Source: Lama guanicoe (taxonomy: Eukaryota). From it: a stretch of 64,000 nucleotides of DNA. The stretch covers positions 10,654,873 to 10,718,872 of the forward strand of contig MU053881.1 of assembly GCA_013239625.1 (NCBI GenBank), written 5' to 3'. Positions 12,651 through 27,272 of this stretch are shown in pieces; the stretch's first letter is position 1, and the number at the start of each line of letters is the position of its first letter. The notes below the pieces were generated by a model, which saw only the letters and a list, made by a program, of their open reading frames with translations, had not been told where the DNA came from and made no database searches. The translations under genes were made by a program, and so were the position numbers.

Positions 12651-14139
12651 GGTGGCTTTTCTGAAACAAGAGGATGGCTTTTCTGAAAATGAAAATACTG
12701 ATATTAATATTGCTATATAATAATAGCAACATTAATAAAATTTTTAAAAAGAAAAAGGAGATTCAATGGAAAATTAAAATGATAAAACAGTAAATCAGGA
12801 CTATCTATATTATAAACTTGTAATTTGATAACTATGATATTAAGACTTCCTTCAAAAAAATAAGTAAAGGAAATACTCCCAGAAGAGAGTATTTTTTGGA
12901 AGACCACAATATTGGATATTTTATAACCTTTGAAAGTGAAAAATACTACAAATTAAACAGCAATGAATACTATTTATAATTTTCAAGTCAGAAAAAAAAT
13001 GTTAACTGTGCCCAATGTTGGCTAAGTTGGTTTGAGGGCAGTAGGCAATATGCTCCCATGATGCATTCAGAATGAACTGCTTGAATATCACTGGAGAATT
13101 TTTCAACAAAACATTCATAGCTTTTTACCAGTATTCCTAGACCTTACTAGTATTCCTTTTTCTTGTGAAAATATTTCAAAACATGCGGCTATCTTTACTA
13201 ACATACTTAGTTTAGCACCCTAAACTTTGTCAACTATAAATTTCAAAAATGGAAAAATATTTAAAGACATGTCAACTAAATAAAGTAATAGGAAGCTATT
13301 AATACTATAAACACTATATAATGTTATGTAAAATTATACATATGCATACTTTTATATTCTATGCACCAAGATGATAAATAAAAATTATTTACTTTATGAA
13401 AGCATGGAAGGGTGGAACATTTAATTCCTTAATAGATTTGCAACAGTGTTGGTATAACATGAAATTTGCCAACACAACTTTAAAGAAGCTTTTTATATAA
13501 ATTTACAAAACAAAATGGAAAACCTGTGTTTTAGTAAGATGTATTTGGGTTTGGTTTTTTTTTAATACAATATTTGATTCTGTGCATTTTTAGCAGCCAT
13601 TTATCACTTAACAATATGTCTGGAAAGTATCTCCATTTCATGCATATATAAATACGTATGTGTGTATGAGTATACATTTTTTGTTTGTTTTAACCACAAC
13701 AAAAGTATCCCACAATGTAGATTTACAACTAATCATTTGTTCAGTAAAATGGTTAGGCTCACTAGAATTTTTTTAAATTCCTATTGCAAAACAAAGCTAT
13801 AATGAAAGTCTTTGTTCACGACTCTTTATGAACAAATGCTTTCTAGGCTGGAAACCAAGAGTTACATTGTCTGATTATCAACAGTTTTAATACTGAGTTA
13901 ATGTACATTGCACTTTGAAAGGCAGCCCTTTCTTGAATAAAAAGAGAATTTACATCCAACAAATTCATTGAAATGAATGTGTATATATATATGTGTGTGT
14001 GTGTATGTATAAATATATACAATCTGATGGATAGATTAAAATCTCACTGTTTTAATTTGCACTTCTGATTATGTATAAGATTACATATGTGTATTTTATG
14101 CAAATTTCTCAATGATAGCTATTCTATGGGTTTAGAAAT

Positions 14140-14386
14140 CATTTTTTCCTGCTAAAATACACATAACATCAAATTTACCATTTTAGCATTTTTAAGTATA
14201 CAGTTCAGTAGTGAGAAGTACGTTCACATTATTGGCAATCGTCACCACCATGTGTCTTTTTCAATTTCCCACACTGAAACCTGTACCCATTAAACTAGAA
14301 CTGTCCTTTCCCCACCACTACCCCTCCAGCCCCTGAGAACCACCATCCTACTTTCTGTCTCTATGAATTTGATTTCTCTAGATACC
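14140..14386 (-). mobile_element. L1 (L1MB/L1MA-like) 3' end, left of an LTR insertion
   Basis: aaatttaccattttagcatttttaagtatacagttcagtag...ccatcctactttctgtctctatgaatttga is a typical antisense L1 3' UTR. Confidence 0.85.
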
Positions 14387-15204
14387 TGAGTAGGAAAAAC
14401 CTATAGTTCTTCTGTGTTCTCACACTGCTACCAAACTCACAGCACTCTGACACCAGCCACTGATTACTCCCCCACTAAGTGATTCTCTGCAACACCAGCT
14501 GAGGATCCTACAACTTAACCTACTTCTGACACGGTCTGCCTGGAGGTAACATCTAACCCCACAAGTTAAGGATTCAGTCCTACAAGACTGCTCCCACCCC
14601 ACTTCAGATGCCAATTGCAAGTCCAAGTTGTCACCTACGCTTCTGATCTATTAGCTATGAAGCTGGGGTTGCCATGACCACCTCCTCAGATTCAATTAAT
14701 TTGCTAGAACAGAATTCAGGGCAACATTTCCATTTACCAGTTTACGAAAGGATTTGATAAAGGATACAGATGAACATCCAGGTGGAAGAGATGCACTGAG
14801 CAAGGTATTAGGGAAGGGGCATGGTCCCTCCATGCCCTGTGTCCTCTCTGGGTGCACCACTCTCCCAGCACCTCCATGCATTCAGACACCCTAAAGCTCT
14901 AGGAAATCCAGCCTTTGGTGAATTTTATGTCGGCTTCATCAGGAAGGCATAATCAATTACTAACTCCATTTCCAGGCCCTCTTCCATCTCTAGAAAATGG
15001 GTGGAGGAGCTGAAAATTCCAAGCTTCTTTCTGGCGACCAGCCCCAATATAGCAACCAACCCAGAGTCACCTCGGTAGAACAAAAGACACTCCTATCACC
15101 CAAGAAATTCAAAAGGATTTAGGAGCTCAGTGTCACCCTTTTTAGAATCTCTGCACCAGAAAATGGGGAAAAAGACCAATATGTATATTTTCTATTATTT
15201 CACA
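14387..15204 (-). mobile_element. Solo LTR, MER21-like (ERVL class), nested in L1
   Basis: TG...CA ends and the hallmark cccacaagttaaggattcagtcctacaagactgctcccaccccacttcagatgcca. Flanks atacc (14382-14386) and atatc (15205-15209) form an imperfect 5-bp TSD, and the L1 sequence resumes after it. Confidence 0.8.
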
Positions 15205-16150
15205 ATATCTTATCTAAGTGGAACCATACAATATTTATCTTTATATATTTTGCTTACTTCACTTAACATTATGTTTTAAAGATTCATACAAGTTGTAGCA
15301 TGTGTCAGAATGTTCTTCCCTTTTTAAGGCTAAATTATATTCCATTGTATGTATATATTTTGTTTACCCATTAATCTGTTGATAAGACACTTGGGTTGTT
15401 TTCTTCTTTTAACTACTGTGAATAATACTGCTATGAACATGGTGTAAAGTATCTGTTCAAGTCTCTGCTTTTAGTTCTTTGAGGGTATGTACTCAGAAAT
15501 AGAATTTCTGGAACATATGGCAATGCTCTTATTTTTTGAGGAGCTTCTCCCAGCACTGCACAGGGATTCCAATTTCTCCACATCCTAACCGAGCCTTGCT
15601 ATTTTTTTTAACTTATTTGTTTTGCTTCTGTTTTTTTTTTTTTAACAAATGTGTCTTGATTTTTATAACATCCACCCAAAATAGGTGTGATAGTGTTCTT
15701 TAACGCCTATAAGGTTTTAATTTTTAACTCCATTAAGTTTTCCTTTTGTTGACTGTGTATTTGGTTTCACATCCAAGAAATCATTACCAAATCCAATGTC
15801 ATGAAGTTTCTCTCTTATATTTTCTTCTAAGAGTTTATAGTTTTAACTCTTTAGATCGTTGACCATTTTGACTGAATTTTTATAAGGTAAGGGTCCAACT
15901 TCACTCTTTTTCGTGTGAACACCCAGTTTTCCCAGTGCCCTTTGTTGAAAAACTGTCATTTCCACATGGAATGGTCTTGGTGCCCTTGTTGAAAACCATT
16001 TGACCACATATATGAGGGCATATTACTAGGCACCCTACTTTATTCCAGAATTCTACATATCTGCCTTTATGCCTGTACCATATTGTTTTGATTACTGCAG
16101 CTTCGTACTTCAGTTTGGACATCAGGAAATGTGAGACTTCCAACATTATT
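15205..16150 (-). mobile_element. L1 3' UTR and ORF2 C-terminal remnant
   Basis: ORF 15901..16146 (KYEAAVIKTIWYRHKGRYVEFWNKV) matches the L1 ORF2 motif [25 protein letters not shown]. Confidence 0.9.
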
Positions 16151-17877
16151 CTTTAGGAATCTCATATTCCATTTATGTGTATTATTATAAAATTCCTGGA
16201 GTCTTAAACCCTCTACTTTTTAACACAGTGATTTGAACAGAGCTGATTCTTTATAAATCATTGTCAAGGGTCTGGCTAACTTACTAGATTTCCTCTCGAA
16301 TTTAATTTCAAAATTAATTCTTAATTCCACCTTCCTATTTCCCATATTACATTCTTTAATTAAATGTCTTAATTTTATCTTTTACATTTCACAAATTTTT
16401 TCAGCTATCTGATAGCACCAATTGTGTTATTTTGTGATGTAAAAAAAAATTTTTTTTAAAAAGACATGGATATTGTGAATTAAGGCTCATCTGTTACACC
16501 TGTATTTAACGTATCATCATCTGTGGGGTAAGTTCAATCGAGTATTTATAATGATACTAGGAAAAAATTAAGGCTGAAAAAAACAGAACATTAAGTTACA
16601 AAGTTAAAATCCCCAGCAGGGAGGAGTTAAAATATATAAGGCAAGGAAGAAGAGAGTATTTTTAGCTGAGTTTTAAAGAGAGTTAATGGGATGGAGACTC
16701 CTGGAAGGCTGCTCTAGATGGCAGATGGCCGATGGCAAGAGCTACTGAGCCGTCCTGATACGGTCCTGGCTGTGACATTAGTTGAAGGAGTTGGGACTGG
16801 AGGAGAAGCTGCGAAAGAGTAGTGATACCAGAGTTTGACGTGGTTTCAAAAGTGCGTCTATGAAAGTTACATAAAATTCTATCATGCTATCAATAAAAAG
16901 CAAAGCCCTCCTGATACGTCCCCATGTGGAGAACAATTATCCAAAAAGGGGTTATTTTATACAGTGTGTCCGAAGTGATAACATATTATTACCAGCTGAC
17001 CTCACTGTGTGCTTACTGTGTTTGAGGGGCAGGACCAGTGACTCTCCACGTACTTCCTTCTCAGCTAGGAAACGGTGGAGGTGGACAGACACCCAGGTCT
17101 GCCTCTGTCCAAAGACAGTGCTCCTGGCCTTTCTGCTCTGTCACCTCCCTCAGCTCTTTGCTGCCATTGCAACAAAGAAGACAGCAAGGACTCGTTTCTT
17201 TTATCTGTATTTTTCAAGTTTTTCTTATTTTTTTTTCTATTTTTAAAGTTAATGGGAACAGACTGCTCCTACTGGTCTCAGGAGTCTACCCAGGGAACGT
17301 ACAGAAAGAAAAATAAAGGGCGAAATAAACATTTGACTGCACTTCAGGACAATATAACTGAAAACATTCCAGGCCCAACAGTTTTCTGGTCTTCAAAAAC
17401 TTATGTGTGAAAAGGGAATTTTAGAGTGAGATTTTGTTCCTGTAAAGAACTAAGGAGCTATGCTTTCTTTTTAAGGTATATTCTATTTTCAAATGTTCTT
17501 TTTCTCTAAATATGAATACATATAGTTTATTATTAGGAAATAACATTCAAGAGAAATGATCATTCAGGGGTTTTCCCGTGTTACTCTCATTGTTTCTGAC
17601 TCCCGCCTTCCCTAGTCAGACAATGGTCTGTCTTGTTAGGTGTGTGTGTAACAGTCACTAGGAGCTGTCATTGTACACGGCTCTGCTCTCTGCTGTGGGA
17701 GTGCAGACTCTAACAATAGTTTCTGACCCTATAATTGAGTTGAGAGTCTCAGACATAAATAAAAGAAAGATAAATTGCTAAATGTACGGTGCAAATGATA
17801 AATGCTTTGAATCTTGAGTGGTGAAAAAAATCACCGTGTATTTCTTCTCTCTGATGCCTAAAATTTGGGGAGGCATC

Positions 17878-17898
17878 TGTGTGTGTGTGTGTGTGTGT
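17878..17898. repeat. (TG)n microsatellite
   Basis: About 10 TG units seen directly. Confidence 0.9.
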
Positions 17899-19184
17899 TG
17901 GTGATAAATTATATATTTTGCTAGGAGTTCAGGGACTCTGTGCAGTCACTACTTACATATAACTGACAACTAGTACTGGGAATTCTAAACAACATGTATC
18001 TCAGTATGTGGACCTCTTTTCTTGCTAAACTCTGTCATTTTTATTTTTCGCTTTTCTTCCTTAAATTAGATTTTGGAAAATATTCTTAACCTTACTTTCT
18101 TAATATAGACTAGATTTTCTCTACTCACATATGACATGAAGATAAGAAATAAGATGTAAGATAATTTTTAAAACAAGATAGCTTTGAATAGAAAATGGAA
18201 ATATGTTTCTATTCAACAATCACATTGATTTATTCTAAGCTTATTTTCAAGTGGATTGTCCCGCCCACACGTTACATAATTATTAGCCGTCCTTTACTGA
18301 ATTAAGCTCCATTATAGAGTTTCTCTAGGGTCTGTTCAGGCAGTATTCCTTTTTCTGCTTCGTGACAGCCAAGATTGACATAGTGGAGGCCACTGCTTGA
18401 TTAAAATAAATGGTAGTCAGTGTATATAAAATGTGAATGTCAGCATGAGCACTTCTGTGGATATTTTAAAAATATATAATCTCTCAAAGTTGAAAGTATA
18501 AAACGTTTATAGTTCATACCCTTTTCAGAGTGGAAACAAGTTATAATTTGTTAGATTTTTTTTTTCCCCTAATGGCAGAGCAGATTAGGCAGGTCAAAAC
18601 CAAATCTGAGAGTCCATGTGATTTATTTGGCTGTATCCTGAGAGCAACCTCATCAGACCTACTCCCACCCCACTATGTAGAGTCAGTTCAGACACAGAAA
18701 TCAGGGCATTCATCTTAGTATCAAGACCCAACTGGGAACTGACACTAATAAGACAAATATCCTTGATCAAGCCATACTTTTATGGGTCTTGGTTTTGTCT
18801 CTTATAAAATAAGGGTCCTAGATTATATAATATGTAAGAACCCTATGAACTCACACATTCAGGGATTTCCCTGGGCAATTACTTTGAGGAAGTAAGTGCA
18901 CTGCTGAAGTATAAGATGGAAGACGAACAGAGTAGGAATAAAACAAAAATTTAATGCCATGCTCTATCATCCAAGTTTGTTAAAGCAAGCGTGCTATGTT
19001 CTAAAAACAAACAAACAGAAAAGTTTCAGAAAAGAAAATAAATTCAGATTTAAAGTTCTTGGGACTATTTTTAAGTGTCAGATGATTTACATAGATTTTA
19101 AAGTATTACTGAATACTAATGATATTGGTGGCGTTCTAGATATAAAACTGAAGCTACGCAAAGCACATTCTTGGGTAATAGATA

Positions 19185-19510
19185 TTGTGGCATATGCTAC
19201 AACATGGATGAACATTATGTTGAGACAAAGCTGTCATGAAAGACAAATACTATGTGATCCCAATCATAGGAGATATTGAGAGCAGTCCAAATCACAGAGA
19301 CAGCAAGCAGAATATTAGTTTCCAGGAGCTGTGAGAGGGGAGCGGGCAGCTAGTGTTAGCGTAGCATTTCAGTTTTACAAGATGAATAGAGTTACACAGA
19401 TGGGTGGTGGTGATGACTGCATACTGTTAGGAACACCACTGAACTGTGTGCTTAAAAACAATCACGATGGTGCATTTTATGTTACATGTATTTTACCACA
19501 ATAAGAAACT
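19185..19510 (+). mobile_element. L1 (L1MB-like) 3' end
   Basis: catatgctacaacatggatgaac...aaagacaaatactatgtgatcc...accactgaactgtgtgcttaaaa...ttttaccacaataa. Confidence 0.85.
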
Positions 19511-20829
19511 TCTTTTAAAAAACAGAATGGAAATACATCCCCCAATGCTAAAAACAAACAAACAAAACAAAACAATTTTTGAATAACTTGATTAAGGTAG
19601 TAATGCGAAAGGAAAAGGAGGAAATCAACAAATGCATTCAGTGACTGTTTACTGAGTGCTTACTATTCACCTGAATTAGCTTTGAAAGCAGTGGGGAGAA
19701 GATTAAAAAAACAGCAAGATCTCATTTCTCCAGCAAATGACATTCTAGTGGGAAAGATAGAGAATAATAAAGTCAAATAGGTAATTTTATCGTTTTCTTT
19801 ATTGATCTTATTGAGGATGTACTGGCATTTTTTATTATAATTGTCTGTTTTCAGGGATGTATAATTTTAAGTGGGTTTGGGACCTGGTTTGCACATTTTT
19901 CAAGTAGATTAATATTTCTTTCAGTTTAGTTTTCCTTCATTGCTCAATGCTATTTTAAAACTAACTACCTAAAATTTGTTTTCTAAAGGAAGATATAAAG
20001 TATATTTCTATCTATCTTGCCTTTAATATATAGCTAATACATATCACTTAATAATGTTACAAATAAAATATACTTACAGAATATATTCTGTAACATCTCA
20101 CAAAACATGCAACTACCACATACTTCAATGGAATGTTTAAAAGCATGGGCTTGAATTTTAGTTCTGGCATTTCTTAACTATATGAATTTGGGCTTTTAAC
20201 GTAAAATCTCTATACCATAGCTTCTTAACTCTTCAGTGTTTTCACTCCACAAAGTCATTCCATAGATTACATGAGGTCATGCACATAACCCGCTAGAACC
20301 ACACACAAAACTTGGCTACTGTCTTTATTAGTAATAATGCTACAGTTAAAATTCCTATGGAATTCTAATCTTTCTTTCTAAGGAAATTTCTTAATAAAAG
20401 GCAAAAATCTCCTTATCTTTCTTTCCAACTTAGTGTATGTGTGAAAAGCTGGTCGTTTGAAGGTTTAATTTCCCATCAAACCACTCTCCTTGTTTAAGTG
20501 CAACAAGACTAATACGCTTTGTGGAGTTTCCTGTTTCTAAATTCAGTTTAATACCAATGACTGTTGCTTTCCCACTATTTTGAAGACTCAGAAATAGGTG
20601 GTTTCAGGGGATGAAAAGATGAACAAGCCACAGTTACTTTGTTGAGGGAGCATCAAATGTAGTGGAAGAGCTCAAATGTCTCCAAATAACTACATTAGAA
20701 AACATAATGTGATAAATTCAACTACAGAGCGACACAGAACCTCAGGGCACATAGAGAAACGTGCTCAAGGCATATGAGGCTGACAGACAAACGCTGGAGT
20801 AGCCCTTCCCATTTGAAAATGACTGAGAC

Positions 20830-21298
20830 TGGCTGTGTGTTGAAACAGCACTAACCCCCTCTCCAACCAAAAAAAAAGATAATGTTGAAATCTTAACCTT
20901 CAGATCTCAGAATGGGACCTTATTTGGAAATAAGATCTTTACTCAAGTATTAAGTTACGGTCAACAGAATGGGTTCTAATTGAATACAGTTAGAGTCCTT
21001 ATAAAAGGAGAAATGTGGACATGGAGACAAACATGCACAGAAAGAGACAACATGAAGAAACAGGGGAAGGATGCCCAGGTGACCAGAGTGATGCACCAGA
21101 CCAGAATGATGGCCAGCAGACACCAGAAGCTAGAAGAGACGAGGACGGATTCTCCCCTACAGCCCTTAGGGAGTTCAGGGCCCTGCTGACACCTTGACTT
21201 TGGACCTCTAGCCTCCAGGACTGTCAGACAATACATTTCTGTTGTTTTAAGTAACCCCGTTTTCATCATTTGTCAGTGCAGCCCTAGGAAACTACTGG
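20830..21298 (+). mobile_element. MaLR solo LTR (MLT1B/C-like)
   Basis: cagaatgggaccttatttggaaataag...ccagaagctagaagag...ccctgctgacaccttgactttggacctctagcctccag...gcagccctaggaaact. Confidence 0.9.
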
Positions 21299-24200
21299 AA
21301 GTGGTTAACTCAACCTGATACTAAAGAAACAGAAAAGGAGCAGGCACCAGGCAGGGACTTAGCACTACTGACCATATTCTAATTCTATTAAAATCTTAGG
21401 TTAAGTCCCTTTAAAGAATTTGACTTGTGAAAGTGAAGGACTGCCCAAGCCCGCTTAACATAAGGCTGTTTTCATGTATGCCATTTAAAAAGCGTCTACC
21501 AGCTACACTAATATTCCTTCTACAAATCAAAATATCTACTACTTATCTGCTTTTTTGCTTTCCCCCCAAACAAACAACAAAACAACTTCTCATATTTGTA
21601 GTGCTGTACAGATGGTAGGCTTTGAAAATTATTTTTTGTTAATTAGCCCATAAAAATACCATAAATTATACTTTCTTTTCCCCAAACGAGCAAATGTTTG
21701 CCCCAACTCAACTATGTTGTTAAAACTCAATAAGATAATGAGCATTAAAATGTTTAGAAATGTTTAGTAAAGCACTAGGGACGTGTATAAAGTATTATGA
21801 CTACTGAGCTGTTTAATACGTGAAATTTAAAAATACTCTTTAAAATATATATTCCCTTTAAATGTTGACCATGTCTTTACAAAGGTATTTGACTTGAAAA
21901 GGAAATCATTATTAAGATTTACTTGCGTGATTTATCTCTATGTGTATCTATTTATCACTAAAGAAACCTTGCATTACTTGCAGAAGGGATTTATTCTGAC
22001 ATGGGAAAAAAAAAGATGACTAAAAGTGTGAAAGGCTAAGACTCAGAGAAAATCAGGATGCAAATGCAACTAAGTCCAAACTCATTATTCTTTACGTGGA
22101 AATCTTTTCTTAGACTGACCTGTGTTTGGTATCAATCACATCTCAAAAAATGGAGTAAAAGCAAAACAAAAATAACCTAGGAGAGGAACATTAGGGTATA
22201 CTGATTTTGTTTCTTTGACTAGATAAGAGTTGGAGATGCCTACATTCCACTTTCTGGATTATTTATTCCAATTTGATTCCATGAGTATAAGGTACAAATT
22301 CTTCCCTAGATCAGGTATTTGAGAGAATTACTAGTAAAACTTGACATTATCCATTATTAACTGGACTAGCTGGAAAGACCTGGAATTATTCTTTCTTTCT
22401 TTCTTTCTTTTTTAATATAAAAACCCAGTTACTTTTAATTCATGGTAGAAACTTTGAATCCTGGTCTCTTGGAACTCTGGAATCAGCCTGATAATCATCT
22501 CTCAACTCCTTATCTTCTTCTTGTTCTAATTTATCACTTCCAAAAATGCAACCACCTCCTTAATATTTCTAAAAACAACTAGTTTAGCCATCACTAATAA
22601 TTACGTCTCTATCCACCCCCCTTGTACATGCTCCCTTTCTCTGTGTTCAATTCTCTTTCCAAGAAAATCTAACGTGAAACCCTTTCTTCTGATAGCAGAG
22701 CACCCTTTAGACCAGGTAGCCTCTAGTCTCCAGTCCTCAGATTCCTGGCTAAGGAAAGAGGGTTGACATATTTTGGGATTCCCATTGTCAATTCTAGATA
22801 ATCATGCAAAATTATGCTAGAAATAATAAGGTAAATCATGGCAGGATATCATCAGTTTGCTTAAAACTATTTTCTTCCAAAACCTGTTTCTTTCTTGTTT
22901 CTATTCCTTAAAGGAAAAATACATACTTTAATGACTAAGACTGGGATATTCTTTTTTTTTTTTTTTCTAGTGACTCTGGATGATATACACTGTATTTAAT
23001 TTTCAGGAAAAAGGGAAAGTAGTAGTTAAAAGAAAAAGTAAGAAAAGGATTTAGGGAAAATTTCTATTATTAATATATTTCTGACAAAGAAAATTGGGGG
23101 TGAGAAATTTTTATCCAAATCTGTTGAATGGGGTTCAAAGAATTTGTTTCACTTCTATGGTAGGTAGGCTGACTCTACGCCAATCTTGATCTTGCAACAT
23201 CTGGTCTGATGTAAGCCATGTGAACACTCAATGTAGCAGGAAAAAATGTATTTGTGTGTATAATTTACATGCTGTTTTAGTCATCGCATAATGCTTTTTA
23301 TTTATAACAAGTTTTCTTTGAGACCTAGGTTTACCATAGATAGATAAAATAGAGAAAGAGATATACTGATATAAAGCAATGCTATCTTCTCAAACACATA
23401 CCTCACAAGCTCTAAGAAGTAATACTTACATAATTATTCAGTGTCCTGTTGAGTAGGTCTCAAAGTATACACTGGAGTTTGTTTAGGAAAATAAAAGATA
23501 TATCTAATAGCCACCAAAACAACCCAAAAAGTAAACTAATTTAGAACCACCACACTTATTTTTGGTGTGAAAGTAGGAAATTAATCGCCAAGCTGGCATC
23601 CTACACAGTTATTGAACGAAGGAATCTTGACGATTCGTATGTATCTCCCAAATGCATCTGAGATGATTAAGATGTGTAGCTAAGTAGATAGTATTTCTCA
23701 TATTCGCAATGTATTAAACTTACTGTTTCCTGGATGAAATGAACAGTGTACCAGTGACAGTTATCAAATAAACTAGAACTATTTGCCAGCCATCGGTCTA
23801 TGTGCATGATACATGGTTATCTATTAGCCATTACAAATAGTCCCAGGAGGTGGCATTTCTTCCCATCGGTTTATTTCCATTTATACAAATGGTAGGAGTT
23901 GAGTTATCAACACAGACAAACAACAGCAACAAACATTATTCCGAACAGGAAGGAAACAGGCGTAAGTGGTGGCGAGCCCTGCCCCAGATCACAGAGTTCA
24001 GTTCCTATCTAATAATGGCCACCTTGGTACCGTTTCTCCAGGTGTTTCAGCACTGCAGAAACTGAAGGAAAAGCATCCAAACATGACGGAACGTAACTAG
24101 GGACAAAGTAAGGCTTGACACTGAAGGGAGAAAGAACTGGGGAGAGGGCGGAAGAACAGGTCAAAAAAATGAAAGCATGCCTTGTGCATCCTCCAAGCGA

Positions 24201-25729
24201 GTAACAACTGGAGCGAGTGGGCTTTTTACTTTTGTTCAATTTAAAGACGTAGCTGTCCTTCAGGAGCACGCTCGTGAAGTACTCCCACTCTGTGACCTCT
24301 CCAAGTCCCTTCTATCTCAGGCAGTCTCTGGTTCTATAATGACTGCTGCTACAAATAATATTAGTAGACAGATAAGAAACAGACGGGGGAAAAGAAGGGA
24401 AATCACCCCAACAGCGATAACAGAAGGTGGAATTAAGTCATTGCTACACATGGCAGCTCTGCCTTTCGAGACATCACTTCTGCAAAGCTCCTAAGAGAAA
24501 AGGGGATTTTAAAAAATGTTTTGTATTAATTAAATTCCATATTGCATCAACTCATCATCCAGTGTATTATGATCATATTACGGGAAACAATTTGCCATTC
24601 AAGAACTCGCTAACGATCTCAATAGCAGTGGTTTCTTAGAAACAGACCTCTGGATGGTGAATAACCACAGGCACGTGCTGCTTGGGAACAGAAGATTTTT
24701 CATTTCCCCCCACTAGTCTGAATAGCCAGTTGATTTATTTAGGAACAAAAGCACAACATTCAATATCTTATGAAAGACACCTACAGAAAACCTTTCAAAA
24801 ACGAATGATTTCTAGGTATAATTTGAAAGATATGTTGAAGGACTAAACCAGAGTATAAAATCGGCCACTTTATCAATTCGTACTAGTGGTTAGCCATGAA
24901 AATTTAATGGAATAGTAGGAGGAAGAAAGAAGGTGAAATGTCTTTAGGGAATAAAAAGTCTTTGTGGAAGAAAAACTGTGTTTAAATCCTCAAGGGCAGA
25001 GGTAGGGGAGTACTGCATGCAGGGGTGTGGAAGTGTGTACCCCCTGTATGTGAACCAGTGATCTGTACAACGCAGATAAATAAGAGTACAGATAAATAAG
25101 AGTAATTATTATTTTACTCATAATTTATATTCTAATACAGAAAATTCACTTCAGTCGCCTTGGATCCTACACAGGTAGCAATACTGAGTGACACGTGTCC
25201 AAGGGAGAATCAAAGGGACCATGCATATCTGAGCACCGCTTTATGACAGTGTTTATGTTGTCACAGTTTTTAGGCCTGACCCCTCACTGTTACCACAGTG
25301 GTTAAGAACAGAATCTCTGGAGTTACACTAGCTGTGTTTAAAACTCCACACCCCTGAGCCTCCTTACTTTAGCATAGTAGCTATGTCTGTATTACACTAA
25401 TGGACTTACTGTTCACCAGTGAGGGGAGAAAGATACAATTACAACATTCAACGAGCTTCTAGTGGACTCTAGGCACTTTTCCAGACCCCTGTGACTGTCT
25501 CTATAAATACACACACACACATACACACTTAATACCATAAAAATATAGATTATGACCATGTTGGTATAAAAAGAGTATATTAACATGTTAAGATATTTTA
25601 ATCAACCTAAAAGTTCATTTTTCCTTCTGGTTAAAAAAAAAAAGAGAGAGAGAGAACATTTTTGCAAGTCCTAGGTACTCCACCCACTGTACTTAATGGA
25701 CAAGTCAGCCCTACTTGTCCCCACTTCAG

Positions 25730-25860
25730 ACATTTAAGGCCTTGGGCCATGTACCCAACTCTCTAGGCCTCAGCTTTGCCTTCTGTAAAATGGGAGGAGA
25801 GTAACAGTACCTGTTTCATTGAGATGTTTTGATAGTTGAATTACATAATCCATCTTGGAA
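25730..25860 (+). mobile_element. MIR SINE
   Basis: ccttgggccatgt...gcctcagctttgccttctgtaaaatggg core. Confidence 0.7.
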
Positions 25861-26499
25861 GATGGAGGGGGCACAGGTTGGGGCAGGGGTGGGGACTGAT
25901 GGGGAAGGAAATGTGGGAAGGAAACTTGATAGGCAGCATTGGGAAGGGGAACAGAATGGTCTCAGAAAGGCTGAAATTTCTAAGCACACCAAGCCTTGCC
26001 TCTTGGCTCAGTAACTATGTTTTGTCCATTTATATGCTATTTTTTTAAATCTAATTCATCAATCTTCCATTGAGTTAAATAAAAGTTCATTTAAGTAACT
26101 TACTGACTCCATACATTCTGTCTTAGTACATTGTATCAAACGACCCCCAGAAAAGCACAGCTATCGACGTGTGATTTACAGAAAGGGTTTGTAGTAAGAG
26201 AAGGTAATCATGGGTGTGAGGGAGATTAGTTGGGGGACTGAAGAGTCAAAGTTCATAAATAAAAATTTGAGAAAAAGGGACTACAGTTTTGTGATGCAAG
26301 CCATAAATTTTGCAGCTGGTTTAAGTGAGTCTCAGAGAAGTTTGCATAAGGCCGTAAATTATACTTATAAACCAAATCTCCTCATTCTTCTCTTTAGGGC
26401 CCCACCTCACTCCACACCAGAGGTGGAGTCATCTTGAAACGAAGATTTACACAGTGGCGCTCATGACAGGTTGGAGGATTTCGATAGAACGAGAGAAGG

Positions 26500-27250
26500 A
26501 TTGTCCTTCATTCCAAACTACGTATTGCACCACTAATGTGCTTGTTAATGCTTATGCGACGTGGATAAAGGCATGTTACAACCTTCAGGAAGTTTCTAGT
26601 TTAGTCAACAGAATGAACAGTCAATAAATGATTAAAGCATTTTCTGTTTTGCTGGAACTGTATTAAGTTCTGCAAAAGGGAAGCACAGTGTTCCAGGAAA
26701 GTGGGAAGCAGGAGCACACGATGTGCTTGACAGGTTCAGGAAATTCTTCCTTGAAAAACCAGAAAGAAAGAAAACAAAGGAATAGGATGAGACTTAAGGT
26801 TGGGTTCAGGCAAAGAAGGTAAGAGACGGTATTCCAGGTGGACATGGTGAGGGTGCATGAAGGTGAGAAGGCACTCAGGATCATTCCGCAGGCAGAAGGG
26901 AAATCAGTTTGGTTGGCACCTGGTGAGGGAAAAGGAAGTCGGGGTAAGATGAGGCCGGAGGGCTGGGGCGGGCATGGGGCAGATCCTTCAGGCATTTATA
27001 GAATATGAGAAGGGTTGTGTGCTTTGTTCTCCTGCAATGAGCTGCCAGTGAGCATTAACGTGCTTTGAGAGCAGAAGGGAGGAAAAATGACAGCCCTTTG
27101 TGGTAGGATGGTTAACAGCAGTGGAGATGGAACAAGAGAAGGAATTGAAATCCCTTTAAAGGTACAGGACACAGAGCTTGGTTTCAGATAGGAAGGGGTG
27201 AGGGGTGTGAAGGAGTTAGCAAGGGTGAGTCTGGTTATCTGATACGCCAC
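26500..27250 (-). mobile_element. LINE-2 fragment
   Basis: Purine-rich antisense L2 pattern (ggtattccaggtgg, ggggcagatccttcaggc, gtgctttgagagcag). Confidence 0.65.
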
Positions 27251-27272
27251 AAGGAACTGATGGCTCAGGCTA

